From Adineta vaga (lineage: Eukaryota; Animalia; Rotifera), in the NCBI GenBank assembly GCA_021613535.1, contig CP075492.1, positions 5,456,001 through 5,520,000 of the forward strand: a DNA stretch of 64,000 nt, given 5' to 3'. Within the stretch, counting starts at the first letter, position 1. Each line of letters opens with the position of its first letter. Positions 1-12,620 of this stretch are shown piece by piece. The translations under genes and the position numbers were made by a program. The notes under the pieces were generated by a model that worked only from the letters and a program-made list of their open reading frames with translations, searched no databases and was not told the origin of the DNA.

Positions 1-140
1 ACCTTCACCAAAATTGCTATTCATTTTCATGTATTCCATTAGTTTACAATATTCTTTCTTATCATATTCATGATCTGTAGAGCTTTTCTTTTTTACATAG
101 TCATAGTATTAGATTATAAAGTTACAAATTCAATGATGTC

Positions 141-237
141 ACTAGTTCCCGGTTCGGTTTGGGTAAGCAGTTGTACCCGGGACCCGAACCGGATTTTTTT
201 ATTATGCCCGGCACCCGGCCGGTTTACAGGACTCTAG
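141..237. mobile_element. GC-rich end of a non-autonomous DNA transposon (hAT-like MITE remnant)
   Basis: GC-rich island with CCGG-rich internal inverted repeat (CCGGTTCGG 149-157 / CCGAACCGG 184-192). Ends in CAGGACTCTA, whose reverse complement TAGAGTCCTG resembles a hAT-type terminus. Partner end not seen. Confidence 0.45.
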
Positions 238-766
238 TCGAAAGTCGGTCGCACACAATTTCACTTTCGTTTGAAAGTAGCAAGCACACAAATAAAGTAA
301 GCTTTACTTTGCAGATCGTAGTTCTTTTCATGTTCTAGCTTGTAGTATATCTTATTTGCTTTGAAGAAAATATAAAGCGACGTAGAAGTGGAATAGAATA
401 GAATAGAACATTTTTTTTGTCAAGAACAGATGACAGAAGAATGCTTATAAAGAATTTCCTAAAACCAATGATTCAACTTAATATGAATTAAAAATCTAGT
501 GCTATACATTTCAGAGAGCATGAAGCTCATAAGAAGAAAAAAAAGAAGAAGAAGACTAGTTACTCGCAAGCACTCATGATGCCTTCTAGTTTTTCATCGA
601 TAGATAGTGCGAGTAAGTGAGTAGAAAGACGCTTTCTTAACACACTGATTCACATTAATGTCTTCAAGTAATTTGAAGGCAAAGGATAGTTAGCTTTGGA
701 ACAGGTAGTGGAAATGACCAGAAAAATAACAACATTTAAAAAGCCGATGCTAAATAAAACTAAGGA

Positions 767-1447
767 CAACGTAGGTAAAATTAGCACCGTATTCGAGTAT
801 TTTTTGTTAGGATTCGCCTGTAAACTTGTGCTGGTCTTCGAAAAGGTTGTGTTGGATACAGAATTGAATTCTCTTTCGAATGATGCCAATTTTAATAGGG
901 GTCACCGTCCAAAAACTGAAGTTTTCGACGAAAAACCGGTGTTTTCACCCATTTTTTGGACTTGAAACTTTTGTATTTCTTGCCCGGATTCGCTTGAGCA
1001 CTTGTGCTGTGTCTAAGAATGGATGTGTTGGATTTAGAATTTAATTCTCTATCAAATGATGTAGTTTTTGAAGAGGGTCACCGAGGGAAAAAATCATCAC
1101 ACCCACACACCCACACCCTCGCCTCCGGTAATGCCGCCTAAGTCCTACATCATTTGATAGAGAGTTAAATTCTGAATCGAACACATCCATTCTTAGACTC
1201 AGCACAAGTTCTCAAGCGAATCCGGGCAAGAAATACAAAAGTTTCAAGTCCAAAAAATGGGTGAAAACACCGGTTTTTCGTCGAAAACTTCAGTTTTTGG
1301 ACGGTGACCCCTATTAAAATTGGCATCATTCGAAAGAGAATTCAATTCTGCATCTAACACAACCTTTTAGAAGACCAGCACAAGTTTACAGGCGAATCCT
1401 GACAAAAAATACTCGAATGTGGTGCTAACTTTTCTTACCTGCTGTTG
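767..1447. mobile_element. Foldback/MITE-like element with ~295-bp terminal inverted repeats
   Basis: About 771-1064 is the near-perfect reverse complement of about 1145-1441, around an 80-bp spacer. No credible ORF and no clear target-site duplication. Confidence 0.85.
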
Positions 1448-1537
1448 AACTGTACTCTTTACGAAATAAATGTACTGAGACCTAATAGAATAATTTAATT
1501 TTGTTATGTTTGATGCGTTATGACTTTTAGAAAAAAT

Positions 1538-1559
1538 AATCCGGTCTTCAAAGGGTTAA
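1538..1559. mobile_element. Possible right end of a piggyBac-type element
   Basis: ...CCGGTCTTCAAAGGG-TTAA: AAAGGG terminus followed by a TTAA target site. Left end not found in the window. Confidence 0.3.
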
Positions 1560-3026
1560 AGAATTCCGTTATATAAATAATCCTAGAAAAAAAGTGCTCT
1601 AAAAACGTAAAGGAAAGTATTCATTCATAAATAAGAAAATCCTGTCTGTATTATTCTAATTAGTTAGTTAGTTCATCCATCATAATATACTGTGTCGATA
1701 GCTTAGAGTTCTTAACAATCAATAAACATATTTATTCCATTATTCATATGTTATTCCAAATCATTTCATATGAAATAAATGTGTATATATATATTGTATC
1801 GCATATAAGTCAGCCAGTTTGTTGATTTAGAAAGAATATCTTAAAAGAAAGAAATGTTTGGCACCAATATATACAAAAAAATTTCCGTTGTCCATATGCA
1901 CATCGATTTAGTGAATCCGTCAATATCGCTTTTAACGTATAGTATAGTATAATGATAGAATTATTGCTAGTGTATATTGCTCCTAATATATCTATCGGAA
2001 ATGAATTTCTTATATCTCGAACGGGTAGAGTAATACATGTAAATGGCCATAATGCATTATATGTATAGAAACATAAAAGATAACCATGTTATTTGGACGT
2101 ATTTTTTGTGGCCGTCTCATGTTCGTATAGACAATAATAATGATTATTCATGTCGAAACCCAAATACTAATATTCCAGCTTTTCACAATCATTTATCCCA
2201 AATTACAAAGAACACGATTTAATGAACACCCATCCATAAGATGATCTTGTTGAATAAATGTCACGTCATCTTATATTCTTCTATATATAGAATAATATAA
2301 TGATAAATTCATGATTTCACCAAGATCCATCCCATTAAAATATCAGAAATAGAAATTATACAATATCCCATATTTATACGTGCGTTTGTGATCAGTGAAT
2401 TACTATGTATGAAAAAGAAAGAATCGCAAGAGTTCAAATATATGGCTGCTGATGAATGGAAGGACAAAAAGTGGAAGATGGAGAATGTGCATATGTAATC
2501 ACTACTTACGTGAGTGACGTATTGAGACGAACGAAAAAAGAAAGTGATTGGATCATACAAGTGAGAGAGAAAAAAAACGAAGCGAAAAGTAAACAAAACT
2601 TGAATTGAATCAGAATGAATGTAACTAAGCAATAATGTTATATAACACTAAAAAAAAGATCAGAATACGTGCATAATATGTATTAGATAACAATTTAACA
2701 GAAAGCTTTATAATTATTCTCAGACTCATAAGAACTGAAACGTTAGTTTAAGCAAATGTCGTTGCCTATCAACTAGCTGTACTCATGTTACGAAAATCAA
2801 CAGTTTTAATTGAAGACTCGAATTTTGTATAGGTTTTACACATCTATTTATCCTTTCTTGTCATGATTTTTAAGAAAGGAAAACATAATAATTAACAATT
2901 TTCATAACATTATTAAACAGTCTGTGTCGATCATAGTATTAACTTTTGTCGCTCAAGAGAGGAGATTTAAGAATTCAAATGTATTAGAAAGGCACACCAC
3001 TATCAATCAGATTCTGAGGAAATAGG

Positions 3027-3186
3027 TGTTACGATCTGTGTATGCATACACTAAGATCATATCTATCTATTTTCTTTCATTCTGTCTTTACTTTTCCGTA
3101 TTCATTCTCTTTCGTGTCTATGTACTAGTCGGTTGTTTATTCTATTCGAACTTCCATATAAATAAACAAAGGACAGATCATTAACA
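3027..3186 (+). mobile_element. 5' LTR of a Ty3/gypsy-like retrotransposon
   Basis: Starts TGTTACGATCTGT and ends ACAGATCATTAACA (TG...CA with short terminal inverted repeat). Contains AATAAA at 3161. Followed by PBS-like TGGCGACCCCGCAG at 3188 and a gag-like ORF. Confidence 0.8.
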
Positions 3187-3244
3187 GTGGCGACCCCGCA
3201 GTAAATTTATAAACAATCGATTCTTTTTTAATTTACATTTAATT

Positions 3245-3664
3245 ATGACAGTGCATACACGTAATCAAAGTGAATCAAATAATGATGCTGATCCTCAACC
3301 TATTGCACAAGTTACAAATGAATCTAATCCAAATCTATTATCATTAACAAATACAAATAATGATGATAAAACAGCTACAGCTGATGGATGTTCCGCAACA
3401 GAACGTGATGAAAAACCAACATTATTAGAAGTACTTCGCCATGATGTGAAATTATTTAATGGTCAAGATGATGCTCGTCAATGGTTTAGACATATTCATT
3501 CAAAATTTTCGGAATTTAATTTAACACTTGATGAACGATTGGAAATCATTCCTTATTTTTTCGAAGATGATGTTTTCATTTGGTATACGTTGAATCAAGA
3601 CAAAATTCAATCATATGCTCATTTATGTCAATTATTTGCTCATGAATATTTCAATCTCGAATAA
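3245..3664 (+). pseudogene. Truncated retrotransposon Gag-like ORF
   Basis: MTVHTR start; capsid-like motif KLFNGQDDARQWF...ERLEIIPYFFEDDVFIWY. Lies downstream of LTR+PBS, stops early, and has no pol or 3' LTR. Confidence 0.75.
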
Positions 3665-4616
3665 ACTTCTTGTCCTGATGTCAACGCTAATATCAAACAA
3701 TCAAACCAATCTTTTTTATTACGTCCACCTGTTGTTGTTAATGAATCTATATATGATGATTTAATAAATCTTTTAGGTGATAAAGCAGTAGCAACTGCTG
3801 ATGATCATGATACACATGCTTAAATTCTTGTATACGAAATCCACGAAATCTTCGACCAGTTTTCCACAAGAAGATAATATTCCAGTTCATTGTTAATAGT
3901 ACGGCTAATTCGGCACCTTCAACATCAAGACCAAAAAAAAGTCGATATGAGTAATTCCAATAGCGGACAAATAAGTGCCAATAGGACCACATGCTACCTT
4001 TCGTATTTTGTGATGATTTTTATACTATGCCTTCTTGAAGGATGCATCCATAGTTGCGATATCACTTGCAACAGGACTATCTTTACCCTGAAATTTAAAT
4101 ATTCAATCAAATCTTTTAATCTCTTTTTTAGCACTGTCATGTTTGTGTATAAGAAAAGATACCGAATGACATCGCAATTTTGATCTTGAGACCATATATG
4201 TTCAATAGTAACAATCTATATAATATAACAGCATAGAATGATAAAAGCTTCTAAAATTATTCTTTCTTCAATATATCGACTCTGATGAATAACAAAGTCA
4301 CGACACTGTTAGTCTCAATGAGCTTAATGACTAACTTTGACAAGTGTTTCCAATCCTTATATACTACACTGTGTGTTAGAAGTACACATATTTGTCCATT
4401 TTCTTGAGTGTCTGTCTTTAGATATTGACATGAATGAAAAAAAAGAGACATCTATATATCGATAGAGATAACATTATGATGATGATGATGATAATGATTT
4501 TTGTCTATATTTCGTATTGATGCATAAGATAAAATCGACCTATTGTCTAGACATCGGTCATTTAAAAATGTTGTCCTCATCATCTCTCGTTCTTCACACG
4601 TTTGAACTTATTATCA

Positions 4617-6119
4617 ATGACGATAACAAAACATGTACATCGACGAAAGATTTGTCTACTTATTATTTCTACTCTCTTATTTTTCACTACTGTACTAGTA
4701 TTTTGGTTTTTGTTTGATCATTCACCTCGCGTTCAATATCAATTTACTTTTGTATCGAAAGCAACATCTCAAAGACGATCATGGCAAGTACAAGATTGGG
4801 TTCAACGATACAATATCACTCATCTATTTGATTGGACTTGGCATAGAACTGGTGATTATAATCGATGTCACATACCACCGAATTCTATTTCGAAATTAAT
4901 ACCACAAAAATTGAATTCAACAATTGTCGTTCATGATGTTGTTAGTTATTTTCGTTCTCATTCCGATGAAGGATGTATTGTCGATAATGCACCACATCAA
5001 CCAAATCCCGTTCCTCATCCAATACCTCGTGCTCGTAACTGGTCCGATACGTGTGCATCGATGAATATCGATCGTCACTGGATCTTATGTTATCTACCAC
5101 AATCAGAAATTGGAAAATATTTACCAACGACGACTCATCATGTAGTAGTGGCTACATTTAATGCATATGTAGACAAAGGTCATTGTAATATTGAGGTACC
5201 AGGTACAGTATTTACAGAGCATGCTACTTTTCATCCTCAAGGATGGGTCAATGCACCGTGTAGTGTTGATCCAATTACTCGTCTTCCAATGGTTAAACCA
5301 AAAAATCGATATATTGAATTAATTGATTCAATTGGAGTTTATTTACATGCACCTGGACATTTTGGACCTCAACAATTACCACGTTTATTACGTTTACTTG
5401 CCGTAGCTCCAACAACAACCAAAGTTCTCGTAGCCAAAGGTGGTGTTGCTGATCTATTGATGGATGTTCTCATTGAGCGAGATGTTGTTACACGTGATCG
5501 AATCGTTCTATTTGATAAAAAGAATCGTGATGATTATTATGCTAATATTGTTTATCGTAGCGAAAGTTGGCCATATTTATGGAATCAAAGTTATGCACAT
5601 CGACTCCATGATCGAACAGATATGCAACTTGCTCATCGTGTTCTCGTTGGTGATAATAATCATCAACAATCAATTGATAAAAAAGATCATGTTATCCTTA
5701 TAAAACGAAAAGATGGTTATGATCGATCATTGATCGAACATTCCGATGTTGCTGCATTTATGATATCTGCACTGGAAAAATCAAATCTTTCATCCAATCT
5801 ACATTTTAAAGTTTTTACTGCTCAAGGACATATGCGTGATCATATTGCTTTATTTCATCGAGCACGTATCATTGTGGGTCCTCATGGAGCTGGTATGATG
5901 AATATTTTATGGGCATCACCAAAAACATACGTCGTCGAAATTGGCTATAGTACCGGTATGACATTTCCTCAAATGTATGCTGAAATGAGTCTTCATTTGG
6001 ATCAAAACTATTGGGTTTGTAAAGGACACGGAGCTTATGGTGCTCCTATTCATATTGATATGAACGATTTTATGTATATTTTTAATCAAATTCTTCAGGA
6101 AATAAAAACGTATTCTTAG
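4617..6119 (+). CDS. Glycosyltransferase family 61 (DUF563), type II membrane protein, intronless
   Basis: N-terminal basic + TM anchor; C-terminal GT61 signature ARIIVGPHGAGMMNILWA...VVEI. First ATG at 4617. Confidence 0.8.
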   Translation: MTITKHVHRRKICLLIISTLLFFTTVLVFWFLFDHSPRVQYQFTFVSKATSQRRSWQVQDWVQRYNITHLFDWTWHRTGDYNRCHIPPNSISKLIPQKLNSTIVVHDVVSYFRSHSDEGCIVDNAPHQPNPVPHPIPRARNWSDTCASMNIDRHWILCYLPQSEIGKYLPTTTHHVVVATFNAYVDKGHCNIEVPGTVFTEHATFHPQGWVNAPCSVDPITRLPMVKPKNRYIELIDSIGVYLHAPGHFGPQQLPRLLRLLAVAPTTTKVLVAKGGVADLLMDVLIERDVVTRDRIVLFDKKNRDDYYANIVYRSESWPYLWNQSYAHRLHDRTDMQLAHRVLVGDNNHQQSIDKKDHVILIKRKDGYDRSLIEHSDVAAFMISALEKSNLSSNLHFKVFTAQGHMRDHIALFHRARIIVGPHGAGMMNILWASPKTYVVEIGYSTGMTFPQMYAEMSLHLDQNYWVCKGHGAYGAPIHIDMNDFMYIFNQILQEIKTYS

Positions 6120-6241
6120 CAAGATAAAAAGAACGATTGTGTCGCTCTATTGCCATTGGTTCGTTGATAAGATACGATTGAGTTTGATCAATTTTTCTTT
6201 CGTGTCTCATCTCATTCTCATAAATAATAGCTATACTAAAT

Positions 6242-8490
6242 ATGAATAATTCACAGAGTAGTAATAACGAAATGGATGTCGATAAAATCGGTGTTGTTGA
6301 TGAAGAAGGTGAACAACAATCAGCCAAGTAAAGATTTTATTTTATATTTATACTTTAATTATTTTTTAATATTAATTCATAGAGGTCAACTAATTGGTCT
6401 AAGTTCCTTATTTATTTGTCTTCATTTTCTGATGATGACTATAATAAAGCCTTTAGTTACTAAAACTATTCGTCTTTATCTTGACGACGTATTCGAAATC
6501 ATTTTTTCAAATGATCGTATTGTAAATAATCCAATGGATCAATTACAAGAATTTGCTAATAAATTCAATCTCAACTTTTATATTTATATTATTCAAAAAG
6601 ATGAAAGACGATTTCAGGAAATAATATCTTCAACTGTCCATGAAACTAATAATCATGTTCGTGCATTTCTTGTATTCGATCAACGTCATCAATAGTTTTA
6701 TGTATTCTCGATCAAGGATCCAAATATTGAACATGAAGTCATGTTTCGTATGGATGATATGAATAGTATGCAATTATTTCAAGAGGTTGTCTCTAATCAA
6801 TACCCTGACAGTACAGTAAATGTCGTCCAATCATCAGAATGTAAATTAAATGCATCAAATTTATGTAATTTATTACTTCAAAATGTTCAATCTCTTATTT
6901 CTTGTGTTGGATCACAACTTGATCATTTCAATAAGTTTTCCTTCGCTTCCTCCGGTGAGATATATAATTGTATTATCAAAGTGATTGAATAGTACTTTTG
7001 TTTTTCTTTATTAGCATATCAACTTGCTGAAAATGACTTTACCTCTCTAGAAACGATGAACAATGCTTTAGACAAACAATTGAACTTATTATTAAGACTA
7101 TCAGAATTAACAGCAGAAACCTTGAAAATAAATCGTATAACATCTATCTCAACAGATATTACTGAAGCAACTTCTATTGTCAGAGATACATGTAAATAAT
7201 CAATTATTTCTTCGCAGTCGATTTCTTAATTTTTTTATTTATATAGCAATAACGAATCACGATGAAAATATTCTAACTAATAATCCAGTCGACATCAGTC
7301 CAGACATACCATTAAATGGTCAACTGTCAATAACGACAGACAATGGTGAGCAAACAATACAATTACCCAAAGTACAATTATTGAATCAACCAGCACGAGT
7401 TCGTCGTCATCGTTATTTAGTAGAATTACGCGATGGTAATTGTTCCGGTATACCATTTCAATTCACGGTAAATTCATCTAAATTAATTAGATTATTAATC
7501 ATAATTCAATTATATTCTAGCTTCCAAAAGAGATCAACAATTATAAGCGAGACTTTTATCTTGGTGCGCATGTTACAACCTACGATGGAAAAGAACATGA
7601 TCAGAAAATACCGGTGTACACGGATATTTCAATTAAAGAGAATTATAATCTAAAAACGAATGATCTCGATTGTTTTGAAACTTCGAATGATCATCAAGAT
7701 AAAAATGAAACATTTGATCGGAAAACGAAAGGTGTCTTTTCAAAAATTATTTTTTCTGACCAAGAAAGTCTTCAGAAAAGGTAAAAAATATTATTTTTAA
7801 AAGAACATCTATATATTTATATACATAGTTGGACTTTCAAGACAGTTAATTTATGTCAAGACAACACAATTACGAAAACATTGATCAAAGTTAAGAAACT
7901 CAAATGGTGTCGATTCAAATTTGCAATTTATATCAAATCATCTGTTGGTCATTTTCAACAAATTTCTCCACCAGTCTATTCAGATTTGTGCCAAGAAAGT
8001 AAATGATAAGACATCATTTTCTTCTTGATCTTATATCCATGCTTTTCTTTTTAATTCAAGCTTCTAATGGTCACCCAATAGAAACGGATACGATTATTCC
8101 AGATAAACTCTGCGAAAATGGTGGACAAATGATATTCATTGCAATTGATGAAAATTTGAATAAAGATGGTATAGAATTCTTCAAGTTTTGAATACTATCT
8201 ATACATGCATTCTTTATTTCAGACGTATCTGTATCTTGTAATAATAAAGTTATCAACAAAAATAAATTCCAAATATGTGGAAAAATTCTATCGTTTGAAT
8301 CCCCGGTGCATAAGCAAGGAGAAGATAATCTTACGATCGAAGTTCGTAATTTAACCGGTGATTTTCTTGTTTCTCATCAATTGTTATATCATCAACATGG
8401 TATAGTCTCCTTTTTCTATATATTTGAACTTTGTACTATATATTTCTAGGTGATCATCCTGATCCATGCGGTGTATACAATGATGACTAA
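6242..8490 (+). pseudogene. Multi-exon divergent Rel-homology (RHD)+IPT-like gene with in-frame TAG at 6693-6695
   Basis: Exons splice in frame from ATG 6242. PKVQLLNQPARVRRHRYLVE resembles the RHD start; RFKFAIYIK...ISPPVYSD resembles the RHD end; IIPDKLCENGGQMIFI resembles IPT. ORFs 6276 and 6741 share a frame separated by one TAG. Confidence 0.55.
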
Positions 8491-9149
8491 TTCTCATATA
8501 TATTTTCTTTTTCTTTGTATACAAGCACAATTAATAAATACAACTTTTATGAAATTTTCAATTACTGATCATCTTGCGATTGAAATTGATGCACCTTTTT
8601 TCAACGATCGAGCACCATCAGATCGTTGGATTGATAATAAAGAATAGAAATGTGAACGTGCTCTCTTCTAACTTTGCAGCAAATAAGATTTGTTTTCAAC
8701 ATAGATCAAATTACTTTCGTTCTCTCAGTAGAATAACAGGTAATATAAGTTATGTATAAAAGCTGTCCGACCTTCAATATAGTCACCAATAAAGATTGAC
8801 AGATACGAGAAACAAAATTACCTCTTGTGAAATTAAAGAACGAAAGAAAAAAAAATAATAAAAGTAAGTTTGATTTATTAGCAGGTATGCAATGAATACA
8901 TGACACTGCGCTCACGTTTCCTCGTATATAACCAAAGACAAATAAACATTTTATTTCTATATAGATTGCCCTTTATCGACGTCTGACGTACTTCTTTCAA
9001 GTTTTCCTGAACATTAAAAGAAGAGAAAAAAGTTAAAAAAACTTTTGACGACACTTTAAAAAAAAATTATTCCATTCATTTCTCTTCCTTGTTTTTCCCT
9101 TCAAAGGAAAATGTGTTTAAACATGAGTTAGGATAATTTTTTCCCTTCA

Positions 9150-10927
9150 ATGTCAATCCTACCCAGACTTATTCGTCTACGAACGAAATACATTCGTTTA
9201 GAAGTCATTGCCTCGATCATATTAATCAGTCTTTTTATTAATATTTTTTCCATTCATCAATTATTTCAATGTTCATCATTAAATGAATTAAAGCCATTGA
9301 AAATACATTCGAATACAAATCCATTAAGTACTATAGAACGATCGAAAAAAGCGCTTGAAAATTTAAAAGTATTATTGAATAGTGTCGTATCTCCAACTGA
9401 TCAACCATGGATTTGGACGCCTTCAGCACAATATCCATCTGTACCATATCAACCAACATTATTATCAAATCAAAAAGTTCCCAAAGCAATTAATACGAAA
9501 TCAGCTGTACCACACGTCGTTCAAGATGAAATTAATCGTGTCTGTCAACGATTGACTAAAACAAATAGTACAAGTGGACAAATTTGGTGTAAATTATTTA
9601 CAAAATGTTATGCTGATACATTAGCAACAACTACAACTTTATTGGATGATAATACAACTTATATAATAACCGGTGATATCGATTTAATGTGGTTACGTGA
9701 TAGCAGGTAAGATTAGGAAGAGAAACAAATAATAAATGAAAAATTTCCTTTTATTCTCTAGCGCTCAAGTTCATCAATATATGACATTATCACATGATAA
9801 AGATATTCAACGTATTATAGAAGGTTTGATTCGTCGTCAAACACAATTTATATTTACTAATCCATATGCAAGTTCATTTCGTTTAACTCTTCGTCCAAAT
9901 CCACCATCGGACGATTCTCTTGAACCAGTTCATATTCTCAAAGGTCGAAATATTCATGTTGCCATGCATAATTATGAATTAGATAGTTTATGTTATCATT
10001 TACGTTTAAGTTATACTTGGTGGAAACAAACACATCGTACAGATGTTTTTGATCATCAATGGTTACTAGCAGTGTCAATGATTATTCAAATCATGATTAT
10101 TGAACAACATCATTCAGAAATTTCACCATATCATTATACAGAATTAGGCAATAATTATCAAGGTTCACGCGTTTCATATACAGGAATGACATGGAGTGCA
10201 TTTCGTCCGAGTGATGATCAGACAAAATTTGGTTATTTGATTCCAAGTAATATGATGACTACCGTTGTTTTAAAACAACTCAAAGAAATGATACAAAGTT
10301 TATATCCTGATCAAATTGAACTTTTACAACAAATATATCAATTACAAGTCGATATTTATTCAGGTATTCATACGTATGGTGTTGTTCAACATGCAAAATA
10401 TGGTCAAATCTATGCTTATGAAACTGATGGATTTTCTTCACCTCTTCTTATCGATGATGCCAATGTACCATCACTTCTTTCTGCAGCATATCTTGGTTTT
10501 AAAACACCCTACGATCCTGAAGATCAAATATTAGCAGCAACACAATCATTTGTTCTATCGAAAGAGAATCCCTTCTTTTTTTCTGGTGAATATGCTTCAG
10601 GAATCGGTAGTCAACATACTCAATCGCAATATGTTTGGCCTATGGCTATTATAATGGAAGGCTTTGCAAATCAATCACAAGTAAATCTCGATAGTGTTTG
10701 GAAAAGATTAGAAGCAAGTCATGCTGGTACATTTGCTATGCATGAAAGTTTCAATATTAACAATCCACAACAATTTAGTCGTACATGGTAGATTCTTTTT
10801 TTTTCTTTTAAATTTTCTTTCCAAAACAACATCATTTTCTAGGTTTGCATGGGTGAATTCTTTATTTGCTGAATTAGTTTTAGTACATCTGGATAAATTG
10901 GAGAATTGGTTGCAATATCGTCATTAG
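9150..10927 (+). CDS. Glycoside hydrolase family 125 (exo-alpha-1,6-mannosidase-like) with N-terminal membrane anchor; 2 introns
   Basis: Motifs ITGDIDLMWLRDS, YELDSL, WSAFRPSDD, DDANVPSLLS, GIGSQHT, MHESF and FSRTWFAWVNSLFAE. Introns about 9707-9761 and 10788-10842. Confidence 0.92.
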
Positions 10928-11073
10928 AAAAATGTTCACTAGTTATCTTTCTCTAGATGCAATCCTTTATTTCATTTACTGTGATGAAAATCAACAAGAG
11001 AATAGGACAACAGCACTAAGTCGTCAACATTGCTGCGGTCTCTCTCTCGGTCCTCAATTTTAGAACTTGATGT

Positions 11074-11902
11074 TTATCTTCCTCTAGAAACAGAAGTTAT
11101 TTTGAGATTTTTTTTAATGAAAATTTTATATTTACACTAAATACGGATCCATTTCAGCTGAATATGGATACGATTTAACTTTTCGAGCTTCAAGCATTTG
11201 ATTAATGAAATCAATTGCAATTGGACCTTCGATTGAATTGCTCCATCGTTTAACAACTCGTGACGAACAAACTTGTCTGAAGGCAGACGAAAGTTCATCA
11301 TAGTCATCGCTAAAGAAAATTATATAGGCAACAAGTCTTTGGAAAATTAGTACCTATTACCGTTTCGCTACTTGCTCACATGATTCAAATAAATTAAAAG
11401 CCGGTGGTTGTCCATGTTCTTCAATAAATATATTGATAAAATTCGACATTTCTTCTGAATCTTTTGATAAACTGCATAAATAAGCATGAAAATCATGTTT
11501 TGTCGTTCCTATTTCTGATCCACTTTTCAATTGAGATTCATGATGATGTTGTTGATGATGACGATGAAGCTTTGGACTTGTTGATAAAAATCGATTCATA
11601 TCTGGAAAGGGTACAGCAAAACGTTTCTCCCTAAGAATTGAAATCATCTTTCGTTTCAATCAAACAACAAACTTACGGTGAGAAATCTATTGTTTCAATA
11701 TTAGAAATATAAGAACATAGATGATCAATTTGACTAGACGATAAATTTTCAAGACTAAAACAATAGCAGTCTTCTATATATGTTCACTTTTCAAATGAAA
11801 AGATATTTACTTGGAACTGACAATCATTGGATAACTATGAATTGAAAAGAGTATTGCTGATAAAATAATCAATAATAAAGGTGAAAGAAAGGAAATCATC
11901 AT
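11074..11902 (-). CDS. Secreted prepropeptide (neuropeptide/prohormone-like precursor); 5 exons
   Basis: Signal peptide MMISFLSPLLLIILSAILFSIHS; KR sites (EKR, AKR, VKR); predicted C-terminus ...DPYLV-G-R-stop using the GTAAAT donor. Confidence 0.65.
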
Positions 11903-12620
11903 GCTATTAATGTCAAGGATATAATCTTCAAAGAAAAAAGAATGAAAGAATAGTACAATATTGTAGCTCTGATTATAAATACAAACTATTGAAAATCAAC
12001 AAAATATATATATTCCCGTATGTGGTCTTCTCCATTATAATTTTTTTCTTCTTCTACTATTCAATTATTCATCTTCTCCGCCTTAACAAAAGTCAGTTGT
12101 TCGTGCATAATTTTAGTTTAACGAACGTTCGTTAGAAATAGCCAAGAGAATAATTGTTTTCGATCAGTTATTGTCTTGACGTCAATCTAGGAAACTATGC
12201 TGTATATAGTTACCTGATAGAATGGATTTTTTCTTCTTACTTGCCTAGTTATATATGAATACTGTATGTAAAACATTAAATAAATGCGTTCTTTAATAAA
12301 GATAGAAATGCAGAACATATGTTCATTTCCGTTTACTAGAAAAACCCCCGTTAATATATTCAAATCGTGTCGTAAATCGGAACGTCATGCATGTTAAGAA
12401 AAGAAAGCACTTCGCTTCCTCCTACGTTCTGATGATAAATTTAAAGAAAAAAAAATTGAATAGTCATCATTATTATCTATATAGAAATCAGAGATCGTAT
12501 GTTTGTTTTTAGCATTCTTAATTAGATTTTAATAATAAATGAGTATGGAAAATAGATACGTGTCAAATAATTCTATTTTCGAAAGGTCACTTTGTTTCTT
12601 TATAAAATAAAGTAAATCAG

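Noticed and set aside
650-965. ORFs 650-889 and 696-965
   Set aside because: They fall in the arm of the foldback element and have no protein motifs.
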